A DNA stretch of 62,931 nt, counting the filler, from Octopus bimaculoides (Eukaryota), in NCBI RefSeq assembly GCF_001194135.2. It is 7 parts of 5 records of this genome, joined end to end, with 100 filler letters (N's around TTAATTAATTAA, not from the genome) between each part and the next. Parts side by side here need not be neighbours in the genome. Positions count along the whole stretch, not along the records: positions 1 to 7,940 come from NC_068981.1; positions 8,041 to 23,788 come from NC_069005.1; 5 more parts are not named here. One strand, 5' to 3'. The notes under the pieces are model-generated. The model saw nothing but the letters and a program-made list of their open reading frames with translations. It had not been told where the DNA came from and did not search any database. Below are positions 1 through 13,071 of this stretch, piece after piece (the stretch's first letter is position 1; every line of letters begins with the position of its first letter). Position numbers and translations under genes: made by a program.

Positions 1-197
1 AACAAAAATACCAGGACTTACAAATATATATAACATACAGAAAATTGCACTACTGGGTACTGCACACATTCTACGCAAAACACTTTCAATACAGTAAACA
101 TAAGAGCACCACAGCAAACCACAGCACATACCCAAGGCGCACAGAGCTGCGCTCGGTAGTGAAGTGAAAGCACGTTATAAAAATAAAACTACTGAAC
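1..197 (+). mobile_element. 3' end of R4/Dong-type RLE non-LTR retrotransposon (ORF C-terminus plus 3' UTR), followed by an (AAT)n tail
   Basis: Translates as KIPGLTNIYNIQKIALLGTAHILRKTLSIQ* (stop 95-97), the typical QK..LLGTAHILR end of RLE-clade ORFs. The same sequence recurs at 1551-1760 (-) and 44851-45024 (+). Confidence 0.85.
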
Positions 198-228
198 AAT
201 AATAATAATAATAATGACAATAATAATA

Positions 229-775
229 AATGCCCTGATGCAGTACCAGGCAGTGGCTCTGATCTTAACTGATTGGAATTGTTATCATTATTTTGTCTTG
301 GTATAAAAGATGGGCTACAGCAAATATTCTGCTCAATATCACAAATTTGCTTGTCAGTTGTTTGACCTTAACCAGTTTAGCATATCCCTTAGTGGCTGAC
401 GATAAGTGCATCTTTGATCACAAGCAGAAGTAGTGGAAGAGCATCATAGCCAGGTGTTGAGAGGAATTCTTTAGGGTTTGGATAATTCACCTTTGGAAAC
501 ATGGGTGTTTCATTCAACATCCTTAAGCAACCCTTATTCAGGGGCCTTTTGAGCGGGGTGGGCTACTCGACCTGAAGAAAATCCTAGCTGGGCCCCCACC
601 TGCAAGGTCATGCTCTGTTTATCTTGATACGAGATCACCATGTCGCCCACATATGGTTATGATGCATGTGCCTGGTGTACCCTTATCAGACGGGTAGTCA
701 TGATGGGTATACTGGGTTTCGTATGTTTTACCCCAGTGTCACTTTGATGGCATGCACTGCTCTCTTACTCAATAA
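229..775 (+). mobile_element. Unclassified ~550-bp retroposon-like element bounded by (AAT)n tracts
   Basis: Complex non-coding block between two (AAT)n runs, ending in AATAAA followed by (AAT)n at 776-846. No recognisable ORF. Confidence 0.45.
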
Positions 776-847
<72 letters not shown>

Positions 848-901
848 TACAACATCGAAAAATACTTTAGGAATGAGGACCCAGATTTGAAATTTCCCCA
901 A

Positions 902-947
902 GACACCCGATGAAGGCTGGAGGGTGTATCAGCCGAAACGTTGTGTC
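902..947 (+). ncRNA. Minimal type I hammerhead ribozyme motif (Penelope-type), core variant CCGAUGA
   Basis: Stem I GACAC(902-906)/GTGTC(943-947); core CCGATGA plus extra A; stem II GGCTGG/TCAGCC; GAAAC followed by GTT, giving the palindromic stem III AACGTT. Confidence 0.7.
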
Positions 948-972
948 AAATGTAAATAATGTAAATAATGTA

Positions 973-1048
<76 letters not shown>

Positions 1049-1405
1049 GGTAATGGCTGACTGCCTTCTATTTTCGCAGTATTCAGCTTAAAAAGAGAAC
1101 ACATTCCTGTTATTTTTGTTCGATGATTAATTAAGTGCAGGTGGGCTGCATTAACAAATCGGTACTTTTACAGTAAGATAAAGTGTTGTGTAATCTGCTC
1201 AAAGATGACGTTAGAGCCAAAGATTGAATAGGAACATACAATACCATATACGAAAAGACTCATGTGTATTAGGCATTTTCACTCTATACTGATGTTTTAA
1301 GGTTAGACACCAACCAGTATTTTTATCGAGACATCATTTCTAGTAAGATTATTAACCAAGACTGCAGGGCTATACTACCCAGAAGTTGGGACTATTCGCA
1401 TTTCT

Positions 1406-1420
1406 CATCATCATCATCGA

Positions 1421-1459
<39 letters not shown>

Positions 1460-1485
1460 TATCATCATCATCATCATCATCATCA

Positions 1486-1550
<65 letters not shown>
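1406..1550. repeat. (ATC)n-(ATT)n compound microsatellite; the ATT part is the tail of the adjacent minus-strand retroelement
   Basis: Direct reading of the sequence. Confidence 0.95.
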
Positions 1551-1553
<3 letters not shown>

Positions 1554-3296
1554 TAGTTTTATTTTTATAGCGTGCTTTCACTTCACTACGGAGCGCAGCT
1601 CTGTGTGCCTTGGGTATGTGCTGTGGTTTGCTGTGATACTCTTATGGTTACTGTATTGAAAGTGTTTTGCGTAGGATGTGCGTAGTGCTCAGTAGTGCAA
1701 TTTTCTGTATATTGTATATCGTTGTAAGTCCTGGTGTTTTTGTTATGTATTTGTCTGAATATTTTTCTTGTTTTCCTGTCTATTTTGGTTAGTTCATTTA
1801 GTGTCTAGTTAAGGATATTGTAGCCGTAACTTATAACTGGGACGTCTAAAGTGTTAATACCTATTATCTTGTTTTTAGCATTGAGCTCTGTTTTCAGTAT
1901 TGATCTCACTCGTCTATATTATTCTTTCTTTATTTTCTCTTTCATTTATGTGTTGTATCCCATCTAGTTCATTGATTCCTAAATATTTGTATGTCTGGCT
2001 TTGGTCTAATTCTCTTATTTCATTGGCTTTGTCTAGTGTGATGTTGCTACTCTTAACTAGTTTTCCTCTTTTCAAAGTTGCTTTGGCACATTTTTCTAAA
2101 CCAAATTTCATATCTATTTCTTTGGTAAATCCATGTACTGTCTGTAGTAGTGTTTCCAGTTGTTTATCATTTGTAGCGTATAGTTTTAGATCATCCATAT
2201 ATAAAAGGTGGCTAATTGTTTTGCCGTAACATTTGTATCCGCATCCAGTTCTGTTTAGCATGTCAGATAAATGTGTCAGTGCCAAACAGAAAAGAAGTGG
2301 ATAGAGCGTGTCTCCCTGGAATATTCCTCTTCTAATGGGGATGGCTTTTTTTATGAGTCCCTCTTTTGTTTGGAGCTATAACACTGTCTACCATTTATTC
2401 ATTGAGTGTCTTATGTATTTTATAATTATTGGTGCTATCTTGTTTATGGCTAGTGTTTCTAGGATCCACGTGTGGGGAACACTATCAAAAGCCATTCGGT
2501 AGTCGATCCAGGCCATACTGAGGCCTTTCTTCTTTTTGCGGCTGTCTTCAGTTATGGCTCTATTGATCATTAGTTGACCTTTACAGTCGTATGAGCCCTT
2601 GCAGCATCCCTTCTGCTCTTCTGGAAACAGGTTGTTATCTTCCAGATGATTGCCCAATCTCTGCGATATTATTGCATTAAAGGCTTTGTAAGTTGTAGGG
2701 AGACAGGTTATCGGTCTGTAGATTTGTGGGCTTGCCGTTTCAGTGGATTTGAGGATTAGGATAGTTTTCCCTTTCGTGACCCATTCAAGCATTGTCTCTG
2801 GCTCTGCTAGTATGACGTTAAAGTTTTCAGCCAGCTTTTTGTGTGTTGCTGTCAGATATTTTAACCAGAATTTGGGGATCTTGCCGTGCCCAGGTGCCTT
2901 CCAGTTGCTTGGTCTTTGCAGTGCCTGGGTGACTTCTTCAGTTGTTATAGGGGCCCAGAGTTGCTCGGTTGCTTATTTCGTTGTTTTAATAGTCCTTTTC
3001 TGAGGTTGTTCCTTCGCCAACCATATTTCTTTCCAAAATTCTTCCACTTCTTCTGCTATTGGTGCTGCAGTGATATCTATTTTATTTTTGCCAAGTTCTT
3101 GGTCGAATTTTTGGGTTTGGAGTTGAATTGTTTGTTTTGTTCAAAGAAACGTTGGCGTTTCTCATACCGGCGGATCCTTTGTGCTTTGGCAAGGATATCT
3201 TGTTTTATCTTTTCTTTTACCTCAGGTAAATCTTGTTCTGTAATGTTGTATTTGCGCAGTATTGTTGTTGCCTTCTTGTTGCTTAGTAGTGTTGAT
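1551..3296 (-). mobile_element. 5'-truncated, internally deleted R4/Dong-type RLE retrotransposon (RT pseudogene)
   Basis: Minus-strand frames give KQDILAKAQRIRRYEKR, NWKAPG, YRPITCLPT, AWIDYRMAFDSVPH, GIFQGD, HLLYMDDLKLY and YKYLGI, then jump to the same C-terminus and 3' UTR as 1-197. Stops and frameshifts are present. Confidence 0.92.
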
Positions 3297-3298
3297 TG

Positions 3299-3414
<116 letters not shown>

Positions 3415-4045
3415 TACCTAATTAGAAATACCCTTTTTAAAAATTTGATGAGTTTGACGCCAAGTGTCCGATATTTTACATTTTCTTAAAGTAAGGTGAA
3501 ATTTTATGTGTTCGTAAGAATAACAAAACATGCTCAAAGTTTTATTTTCTATTTGATGAAACGACTAAAATAAAAATTTTCATTGAGCATGTTGCAATTT
3601 ATTTATCGTGAATGTTTTTCTAGTGAGATCACTACCTACGTTAACACTTTAACACTAATTTAACAGTTCTTTGAAGCCAAGCGAACTCTGATTCGATGTT
3701 GTTAATTAGCATTTTGGGAAATTAATTTGAAGCATAAAGATTCTTATGTCAAGAAGGAAGCAGAAAAGATTCATTGTTAAACGAAAAATAATCGACGTCT
3801 CAATTCAGTTGAATCTTACGGTTTGCTTCATTTAATAATTTAGTAGGTTAATTGAAATGAAATGGCTACAACAAAGAATGGAAACAGAGACTTATTGGAC
3901 AATTATATATGGCCTTCGGTAATGGCCATCCGGGTTAATTCAGCGATGTAATGTTAACATAGAAAACAACAACTTTATAATACTCTCTTGATTTTTATCG
4001 CGACGTTAAAAAGCTTCATTCTATTCTTTAATTACAGCACAAGAA

Positions 4046-4086
4046 CAGTGTCACGAATGTTTGCCAGTGTCACGAATGTTTGCCAG
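4046..4086. repeat. 19-bp tandem duplication CAGTGTCACGAATGTTTGC x2
   Basis: Exact adjacent duplication. Confidence 0.9.
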
Positions 4087-4469
4087 CAAACATTCGTACA
4101 GTACACAAATAATTATAAATTATTTCGTGCTGCATAATACAAATGTATATGAGGTTTGAATAAATGAGGTAGAATTTTCTCTGGGCTACTTGATTTAGCT
4201 ATATTAACGTGTAAAAATGTGTAAAAATAAAGTAAAATTCATCCAGATCGTGATATTCCATATATGACAAACTCAGGTTGGCCTTCTGAAATTTTACAAT
4301 ATCACTACAGATGCAAGGTACTAGGTTGATTAACATAGTACCATATAGATAAAAGTATCCATATGGTACTAGGTTTGATCCTACTGCGTAGCTTCTTGAG
4401 GAAGTGTCTTCTACCACATATCAGGTAGAGAAATACCTCGTTATTGGAATTTGGTCGGTGAAAAACTTT

Positions 4470-5600
4470 GCAGCGGCTGGTGCTAAAGACTCGTTCGATC
4501 ACTCTGTTAAGCTAGTTATATAAGCTGTTTGAGCGTCTGATCCTTTACAGATTTGCCCGTGCTATTGAATTAGCCGTCATTCCTCAACAAACCAAATTCT
4601 GACTTGGTAAATCTACAACATGCTAACTTCTGAATCTCTCTCAGCACATTGAGGATGGTTTTCAGAAAGGACTAGGAACAGAAGGTTTCTTTGTTGATCT
4701 GTCTGCCAAATATGTCACGATGAACTACCATCTCCTTCTGAAAAGGATCTTGGTGTTGACAAATGACATGACTCACACAAGCCTCATTACACTTTTTTGT
4801 TGTCTTGAACAACAAGCAAATTCGCTGGCGATGAGAAAAGAATGGCTTACCTGAAGGTAATGTGCTGGTTGTACTTCTCTGTAATATCTACTACACTAAA
4901 GTCCAGCCAATGGACCAGAAAACTGAGCCGTCCCTCTCCGTTAGTTATCTCTGTGTTTCATCCCGAAATGATACTTTGAAACAGTAGAAGCAAATCTTCT
5001 ATTAACCTTAACTATGCTATTACGAACGCAACCACTTGCATGCCATCCCAGCAAAGATTCAAGTCTGCTCGTTTCATCATAGGAGGCTAGCTGACCTCTT
5101 AACATCAACTGGTCTAGAACATCAGTAGAGCACTCTGCCCACCCTATTTACTTCGGATTAACCTTGGACTAACCTTGGACCATACTTTCTCCTTTAAGAA
5201 GTATGTCAAAAACAAATTGAAAGTTGGTTCTCGAAACAACATTCTACGAAAACTGGTGGCGAAACACAGCATACACATTAGGATTATTGTTCTGGTTTTG
5301 TGCTATTCCTTTGCGGAATATGCATGCCCTGTCTGGGAGAGATGTACACATGCCAAGAAACTGCACTCAGCGTTGAACACATCTGTCCACTGATGAAACC
5401 TGCCAATACAGAACAGGATGATTAAAAACTGAACGTGTCAATGAAACCGGCTCAACCACCTGTGAATGTGGAGAAGCAAATCACACTATGAAACATTGCC
5501 TAGTCTACTACTTTCCAAGCCATGCAGCTCAAAAGACCCTGCAGAGTTCAATGAAAACGCAAGTAACTATAATGAAATGGGAAACTGTCATATAACGACT
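4470..5600 (+). mobile_element. Degenerate LINE RT, Vingi/Ingi-like
   Basis: Broken frames YKLFERLIL, GKSTTC*LLNLSQHIEDGF, FVDLSAKY, YFGLTLD..DHTFSF, RNNILRKL and AEYACPVWER match the RT and thumb motifs of Vingi/Ingi-type LINEs. Clade assignment is from memory of motifs. Confidence 0.75.
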
Positions 5601-5986
5601 ACACTTCGAAGAATCTAATGACGTCTCGAGAGTACGTAGGGAAAGTTCGATCGTCTATTAACAAACAGATACGTTTAACTTTGTTTCATCATTTAAGAGA
5701 AAAGCAAAAGTATTTTCCAGTTACTTCTAAAAAGATAATGAAATGTATTATCACTAAAAAAGCACGGTCTCTCTGGTGATGTACAAAATGTATCTAGTTC
5801 GGCAATATCTGTCAATAACAAAGCGAAAAGAGGCTGAACCTTTTGAAACAAAACAATACTAATAAATTAAGAAGTAAGATACTCTTCAAAAGTTTGACAT
5901 TTCGGAAAGTATATTCAGTTTTTACTCCTCGTTGTTGATCTCAAATATGTGGACATATCAAGATTAAGACGATAGCAAGATAAACC

Positions 5987-6079
5987 TCTTAGACTTTCAT
6001 TCTTACTTAATTCTGGTCTTAGACTTTCATTCTTACTTAATTCTGGTCTTAGACTTTCAGTGTTACTTAACTCTGGTCT
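5987..6079. repeat. 30-bp minisatellite, 3 copies (CTTAGACTTTCATTCTTACTTAATTCTGGT)
   Basis: Contiguous units with no spacers; the third copy is diverged. Confidence 0.9.
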
Positions 6080-6758
6080 CCCATAGAATTTTAAGATTCT
6101 ACACACGCGCACATACACACAGAGGCACACATACAAATACATACACACATACCAAAAGTATGTTTCCATGAATGCATCTATATTCACCAAACAGAAAGTT
6201 TCATGTATGCACGAGTTTATAATTTGATTAGCATGTTATCTTCCTATCAATTTTATTCTTTCTCTGTGTGCGCGTCTTTATGCATATATATTATGTGTGC
6301 ATATGTGCACATGTCTGTATATATTTATATGTATATATATACATACACTTAAGTACATATATATATATGCATAATACACACACACACACACACACACATC
6401 TAATACCATCTGGGTATTAACCTCATAACAAGCATTTTAAAGCTCCATTTCGGTTATCGGCTACCATATGCCATCATATGGATATACATGCGGAACTCTG
6501 TTAATGTATACAGAATTTATTATATATAAATTTATAAAGCAAGAAGATAGAAAGAACCGATTTTAATTGCAAATCACAAGTGTTTTTGTGCCGTGGGAGC
6601 ACTCACACATGCAAGTGGAAACTGAAGTTTCTGGAATCCTGACTTCGCCGATCGGTTATTTAAAAGAATGTAGGAAAGTAGCGTGGCTATATATAAGAAA
6701 ATATTTTATAAACATCGAACTATAACTAGCCACTGAGATTTGGTTGCAGAAAAACATT

Positions 6759-6834
6759 TGCTCAATTTCCACATTTATCTGCTCAATTTCCACATTTATC
6801 TGCTCAATTTCCACATTTATCTGCTCAATTTCCA
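6759..6834. repeat. 21-bp minisatellite, ~3.5 copies (TGCTCAATTTCCACATTTATC)
   Basis: Contiguous identical units. Confidence 0.92.
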
Positions 6835-7671
6835 TACACATAACACGAAATATATTCATCTAGTACCATGCAAATGTACGTGACATTTTCATGTCTTAAG
6901 TAGAAGAGACGACTATTCATTATATAACCATATTTGAAAGTTTGATAATTCCATTATGTGGGATATAAACTCTTTTAACCAGGTGGTAACTGGAAATTCC
7001 TGAATTCCTTGATAAATATCAACAAAAATGTCTACAAGAATTCATAAATTCCAATCTTTGCCCAAAATAACATCCTGTAATGGTATGTTATATTTATCTG
7101 ACAGTCAAAAATCACACCATCTGGAGCATTTTAATTTAAGGAATGTGTACTCTATAATAGGGCAATGGGTTCTATAATTATTAATATTCATGCATCCATA
7201 TGCAAGCACGCACACACATACATGCATATGTGTGTATGTGTATATGTGTGTGTGTGTGTGCGTGTGTGTGTGTATGTAGAAAATAGTCGTGCCATAAAGC
7301 TATCTCAATTATGTCTGTCATTTTAAAGAATATATTACTAATGAACTGAAAGGACTCCTATTCAGTTTTAAGAAACGTACAGACATTCTAAATATATTAT
7401 TAGAACTCTTCCCCAAAATGGCACCTCTTCGGTAAATATCTTCTGAAACAGTGGAAGGATATACTATTACCGTATGGAACAGGTCAATATTTACTGTTTA
7501 TCAAGAAAAACACACACTTGCTCCATTTTCTTCCTTTTTTTTTAAACAAGGAAGAAATTAGATATGAGACTCTTCCTATCACCAAGACCTCTGTCCTATA
7601 TACCACCAATCCTTTTCGGTAACACATTATATCATATAACACTTCACCTATTTTCATTTTCCTAATGTTGC

Positions 7672-7936
7672 TGTTATATGGACTGTTAGATATGTAATTC
7701 GTCTGACGTTCCGTGTGTCATGTGGTTCGTCTGAGTTCATTGTTTCATTGTTGTTGTCTTGTGGGACTGTCGTAGTAAAATGTCATTGATATATATATGG
7801 CGGACATGACTTTTGTTTATTCATAACGAACATTGGGTGAGTGCGTTCTTTGTATGTAATTGAACAATAAATGTAATAATTAAATTGTATAACTCGTTAT
7901 GTTATCTCTGCGAGTCAGTCCGAGGGAAACATAACA
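7672..7936 (+). mobile_element. Solo LTR (265 bp)
   Basis: TGTTAT...ATAACA termini. Left flank GTTGC (7667-7671) matches right flank GTTG (7937-7940, then N), consistent with a 5-bp TSD. Contains a TATA-like run near 7790 and AATAAA near 7866, which set the + orientation. Confidence 0.7.
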
Positions 7937-8059
7937 GTTGNNNNNNNNNNNNNNNNNNNNNNNNNNNNNNNNNNNNNNNNNNNNTTAATTAATTAANNNN
8001 NNNNNNNNNNNNNNNNNNNNNNNNNNNNNNNNNNNNNNNNTATATATATATATATATGT

Positions 8060-8650
8060 ATGTTGTTATGGCTACAAGGAAGAAATAAATTACTTGATTC
8101 TTCTGTCCACGAAAGTCTTTTGCATTGATTGCAATATTCGTAACCGGTCGGTAGCCAACTTGTAATCATGGAGCCATGCGTAAGTTACATGCGTATATCG
8201 GACGAAGATAGGGCAAGCCTGGATGACTCCTTCGACGGGCCTCAAACCGATTACATGGAACTGGCAGACACATTTTGGCATTAAAAGATGTAGTGCCCAA
8301 TCCATAGTAGTGACCTAAGGTCTGGGAGGCGTCACAAGTTGCCCAGAGGAGACGCCCATCACGTTAGGGTCGATGAAGAAATGCGAGCTGGGCTTCGGGT
8401 GATTAGTGATGCCAACCCATTAACAGATGAAGACGGACTTAGAGAGGCAACATTGCCAGGAAAGCCACTTGTTTGCATGTCTGCAATCTCACGGGCTCGA
8501 GATGGGATGTTGATAACTATGAAGTTCCCGATTCCAGAAATGCTCCCAAAACTGTGGAAAAGCGTTATGAGAACGTGCCTTGGTTCATGGAAAAGAGAAT
8601 CGTCGGCCATTGCGTATTCATTCGTGGATGTAGATACAATATTTGGACCA
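8060..8650 (-). mobile_element. Degenerate Tc1/mariner-superfamily transposase fragment (DD37D-like)
   Basis: Minus frame SVFIC*WVGITNHPKPSSHFFIDPNV resembles SVMVWAGI..GKTPLVF.D.GVKIN. Many stops. Confidence 0.4.
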
Positions 8651-9039
8651 TTTAGACATACATATACATAATATAGTATACATTTTATATACAAATATAG
8701 GCGATCTCTTATATAGCATATATTTTATATACATACATATAATATAGTGTGTATTTCATATACATATACATATATATATATATATATAAACAAACACACG
8801 TATATATATATAATTTAGTATATATTTTATATAAATATATACATATAATACAGAATATATTTTATATAAATATATACAGATATATAATACAGAAAATATT
8901 TTATATAAATATATACATATATATAATATAGTATATATTTTGTATAAATATATAAAATAGAATATATTGAAAAACTGAACTTATAGGAAGGTTTAATTAT
9001 TGAAAGTATGATGCCTGTACAGCTAAGCATTTTCCCCAT

Positions 9040-10100
9040 CGATTAACAAAGTCATTTATGCCTTTTCGATAAAAATCCAAAAGTTCTGATGCCAAGAAAT
9101 CCTTGAATTCAGTTTCGACTTCGCTTTTGGAACGGAATGTTTTTCTGGCTTAAAAAAGTGTCAAGAAGCTTGAAAAAGTGGTACTCGGTGGGTGAACGAT
9201 CAGGAGAATATGGAGGTTGTGATAAAGTCTCGTGTCTTCAAGTCTGTGAGCTTTTGCAGCGTCATCTTGGAAAGGGGCAGTCGAGCGTTGTCGTGGAGCA
9301 GAATTGGGTTACGCCGATTAAAAAGTGCAGGTCTCATTTTGCTCAAGTGAACATGCATTTCTTCCAGTTGCTTACAGTAAATTTCCGATGTAATGCTCTA
9401 GTTTGGTTCCAGAAAGCTGTAAAAGACAACACCAATAAAAGACCACACCAATAAAAGACCACCAGACAGTCACCATAAACGTCTGCTGATGCGACTTCGG
9501 TCACGGGAGATGTTTGAGTGCTTCATTACAATCAATCCATTGACCCGATCGCTTATGATAGTTATAAAGGATCCACTTTTCGTCACAAGTTAAAATTCGA
9601 TCAAGAAACGGGTCAATAGGTTGGCAGAGAGAGCATAAAACACTCCAAAACGCCGAAGTCTTTGATTTTCGGTGAAGTCATGCGGGACTCATTTATCGAG
9701 TTTTCACTTTTTGCCAATTATTTTCAAGACGTTTCTGACTCGTTAATGTGGGTTTCCTTCGAGTATTGTTTTTAAATGCTGATCATCGAGGGTGGATGGA
9801 CGTCCTCTATCACCTTCAGCTTCAAGGCTGTCATCCCACTAGAATTTCTTAAACAAGCGTCGTACCGTCCGATCGCTAGTGGACCTTTCACCCCATGCTG
9901 CTGATATTGGCGCCAAGTATGGGATGCAAGAGAAAAAAGTATTCCTTTTTTTCATTTTAGAAACTAAGGATTTCTACAATTCAAAAATGATATTCTGAAA
10001 ATATGTAAAATTTCATCCCATACGCAATGAAAATAATATCTTAAATCGAATTTGAAAAGGTGTTAAAAAAATCGGACAATACCCTTATACCCTAAGTATG
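9040..10100 (-). mobile_element. Mariner (DD34D) transposase relic
   Basis: Minus strand reads YCKQLEEMHVHLSKMRPALFNRRNPILLHDNAR and PPYSPDRSPTEYHFFKLLD, which are mariner LHDNAR and YSPDL motifs. TIRs not resolved. Confidence 0.88.
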
Positions 10101-10847
10101 TATGNNNNNNNNNNNNNNNNNNNNNNNNNNNNNNNNNNNNNNNNNNNNNNNNNNNNNNNNNNNNNNNNNNNNNNNNNNNNNNNNNNNNNNNNNNNNNNNN
10201 NNNNNNNNNNNNNNNNNNNNNNNNNNNNNNNNNNNNNNNNNNNNNNNNNNNNNNNNNNNNNNNNNNNNNNNNNNNNNNNNNNNNNNNNNNNNNNNNNNNN
10301 NNNNNNNNNNNNNNNNNNNNNNNNNNNNNNNNNNNNNNNNNNNNNNNNNNNNNNNNNNNNNNNNNNNNNNNNNNNNNNNNNNNNNNNNNNNNNNNNNNNN
10401 NNNNNNNNNNNNNNNNNNNNNNNNNNNNNNNNNNNNNNNNNNNNNNNNNNNNNNNNNNNNNNNNNNNNNNNNNNNNNNNNNNNNNNNNNNNNNNNNNNNN
10501 NNNNNNNNNNNNNNNNNNNNNNNNNNNNNNNNNNNNNNNNNNNNNNNNNNNNNNNNNNNNNNNNNNNNNNNNNNNNNNNNNNNNNNNNNNNNNNNNNNNN
10601 NNNNNNNNNNNNNNNNNNNNNNNNNNNNNNNNNNNNNNNNNNNNNNNNNNNNNNNNNNNNNNNNNNNNNNNNNNNNNNNNNNNNNNNNNNNNNNNNNNNN
10701 NNNNNNNNNNNNNNNNNNNNNNNNNNNNNNNNNNNNNNNNNNNNNNNNNNNNNNNNNNNNNNNNNNNNNNNNNNNNNNNNNNNNNNNNNNNNNNNNNNNN
10801 NNNNNNNNNNNNNNNNNNNNNNNNNNNNNNNNNNNNNNNNNNNNNNT

Positions 10848-11555
10848 ATATAGTTATATACATAACATATATTGTTATATATATATTTCCTATATAAAAG
10901 TTTTATAAACACATTTTATATACATATATATATATAACTTATGTGTATGCATATATATATATATAGCTATATATTCTTTATATACTAGTTATTATGAATA
11001 TATATATATACACACACATACATATTTCTTAAATATAATTAGTTATAAATGTATTATATATATCATATATATATTTATATAGTTATATACATGCATAAAT
11101 ATATTTCTTATATTTATATTATTTACATATAACTATATATTTACAGTTTTATGTATATAACAATATATTTAGTTATATATGTATGTATATATACATATGT
11201 ATATATACATATAACTAAATATAGTTATATACATTATATATAACTATATAGTTTATGTTATATATACATATACAATTATATATATATACATATATAGTTA
11301 TATATAACTATAAATATGATTATATATATATAATATATATATAGGTATAAATATATAAATATTTTATATATATATGTGCAATATATATTATTTATATATG
11401 TATATTATATATATATATATATACATATGTATATACATCTATTATATATGTGTGTGTATATATATATATATATATACACACACATAAAATATGTACATTT
11501 ACATATATTATTATTATATATATATATATTATATATAATATCTATATATATATAA
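10848..11555. repeat. Degenerate (TA)n low-complexity tract
   Basis: Almost entirely A/T with TA periodicity. Confidence 0.9.
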
Positions 11556-12822
11556 GCTGGCAATGCACACAACTTCCTCTCGTCTCTCGATTCTCTTCGT
11601 AACTTCTGCCAATTTTAAAATAGCAAAATATATATATTTTTTACTGTTGCATGGAGTTGTGTTCGATTCCGTTCGATCCATCAAACCCAATTACCACACG
11701 CTCGCTATATCTCTCACTAGAACCGCCCGTACCTGTTTAGTTTTCGCCAACTCTCCATGTCACCCAACCAATTTTAGGACTCCGCCATAACTTCATCTTG
11801 GTTTTGTTGTTTTTTCTTTGTCCTGGAGGAAACCGTTAGGATTGAAAATGGAGCAGACAAACCGCCAGCATTTATTAAATGAACATTGCTTGTTGAACAC
11901 CTTGGTGAAGTAAGAATTACAAGGGTGTATAAAATCTAATATTATATCTTGAATAAGGGGAGAACCAAAAGGCGGAGTTCGCATACAACAGTGTGTTCCA
12001 CCCCCATCCGACTTTGTTTCCTCATAACTTTCACAAAAATGGGTATTTTTTAAATAAAACTTTCTGAAAATACCTTTCATATGGCGTACATAATGACTAT
12101 CAGAATTTAACATTAAAAAAAGGGGCTAAATTGGTGTGCGTTTACAAATACATACTGACACAATTTTCAAGGTTCAATTACGTCACGAGTGAGCGATCGC
12201 CACTATTTTATTTTTGTTTGTTATTCATATTAAATTCTGATATAATCGTAATTTACGCCATCATAAAGATATTTGTAGAAACTTTAAACTGAAAATGTGA
12301 TTTTTTGTTTTTAATATGAGTGAACACCTTTTTGGAGGGTCCGACACGTGTAGGTAAGCCCTCCAAAACTGCACTGGTTAATGGAGTGGAACTTGTATTC
12401 AAAAGTTTATGAAAATTACTAATAAATCTCATCGAACCAAAGAAAAAAAAATCCTGACCATAAAACAAGTTATTCGGGACATTCTGCTCTCGTGTCGCCA
12501 TGGGAAGAAAGAGACAAGCAGAGAAACCTTTAAACAAAACTAACCTTTTATGGTGAAACCACAACGAAATGGATTGGAGCGATCGGTAACTGGATACGAA
12601 GTGACAGGTATTTCGTTGAATGAATGGCGACAGAGTCTGTAGAACTTTTAATTGGAAGAAGTCCACAACGGATACAAAGCATACAAAGACACCATTGATT
12701 GTGACGGAACCAGTGATGGAATAAAGAAGAAAAAATAAAAGTTTTGTTTTTATAAGGAGATAGGATGGGGGGTGAGGTGAGGTTAAGAAGTGATGTGGTA
12801 GTGGGAGGGGATTTACCCGCTA

Positions 12823-13071
<249 letters not shown>

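Noticed and set aside
5987-6834. 30-bp and 21-bp repeats as possible CRISPR arrays
   Set aside because: Units are contiguous with no unique spacers, there are no cas genes, and the context is eukaryotic.
7985-7996. TTAATTAATTAA islands inside N runs (also at 23833, 36337, 56684, 58361 and 59874)
   Set aside because: An identical 12-mer with stops in all six frames, always centred in N padding. It is an assembly or scaffolding linker, not biology.
10063-10912. Long X-filled ORFs over N gaps (also at 19.3-20.0, 25-27, 28, 38, 47-49 and 61 kb)
   Set aside because: They are open only because N is untranslatable.
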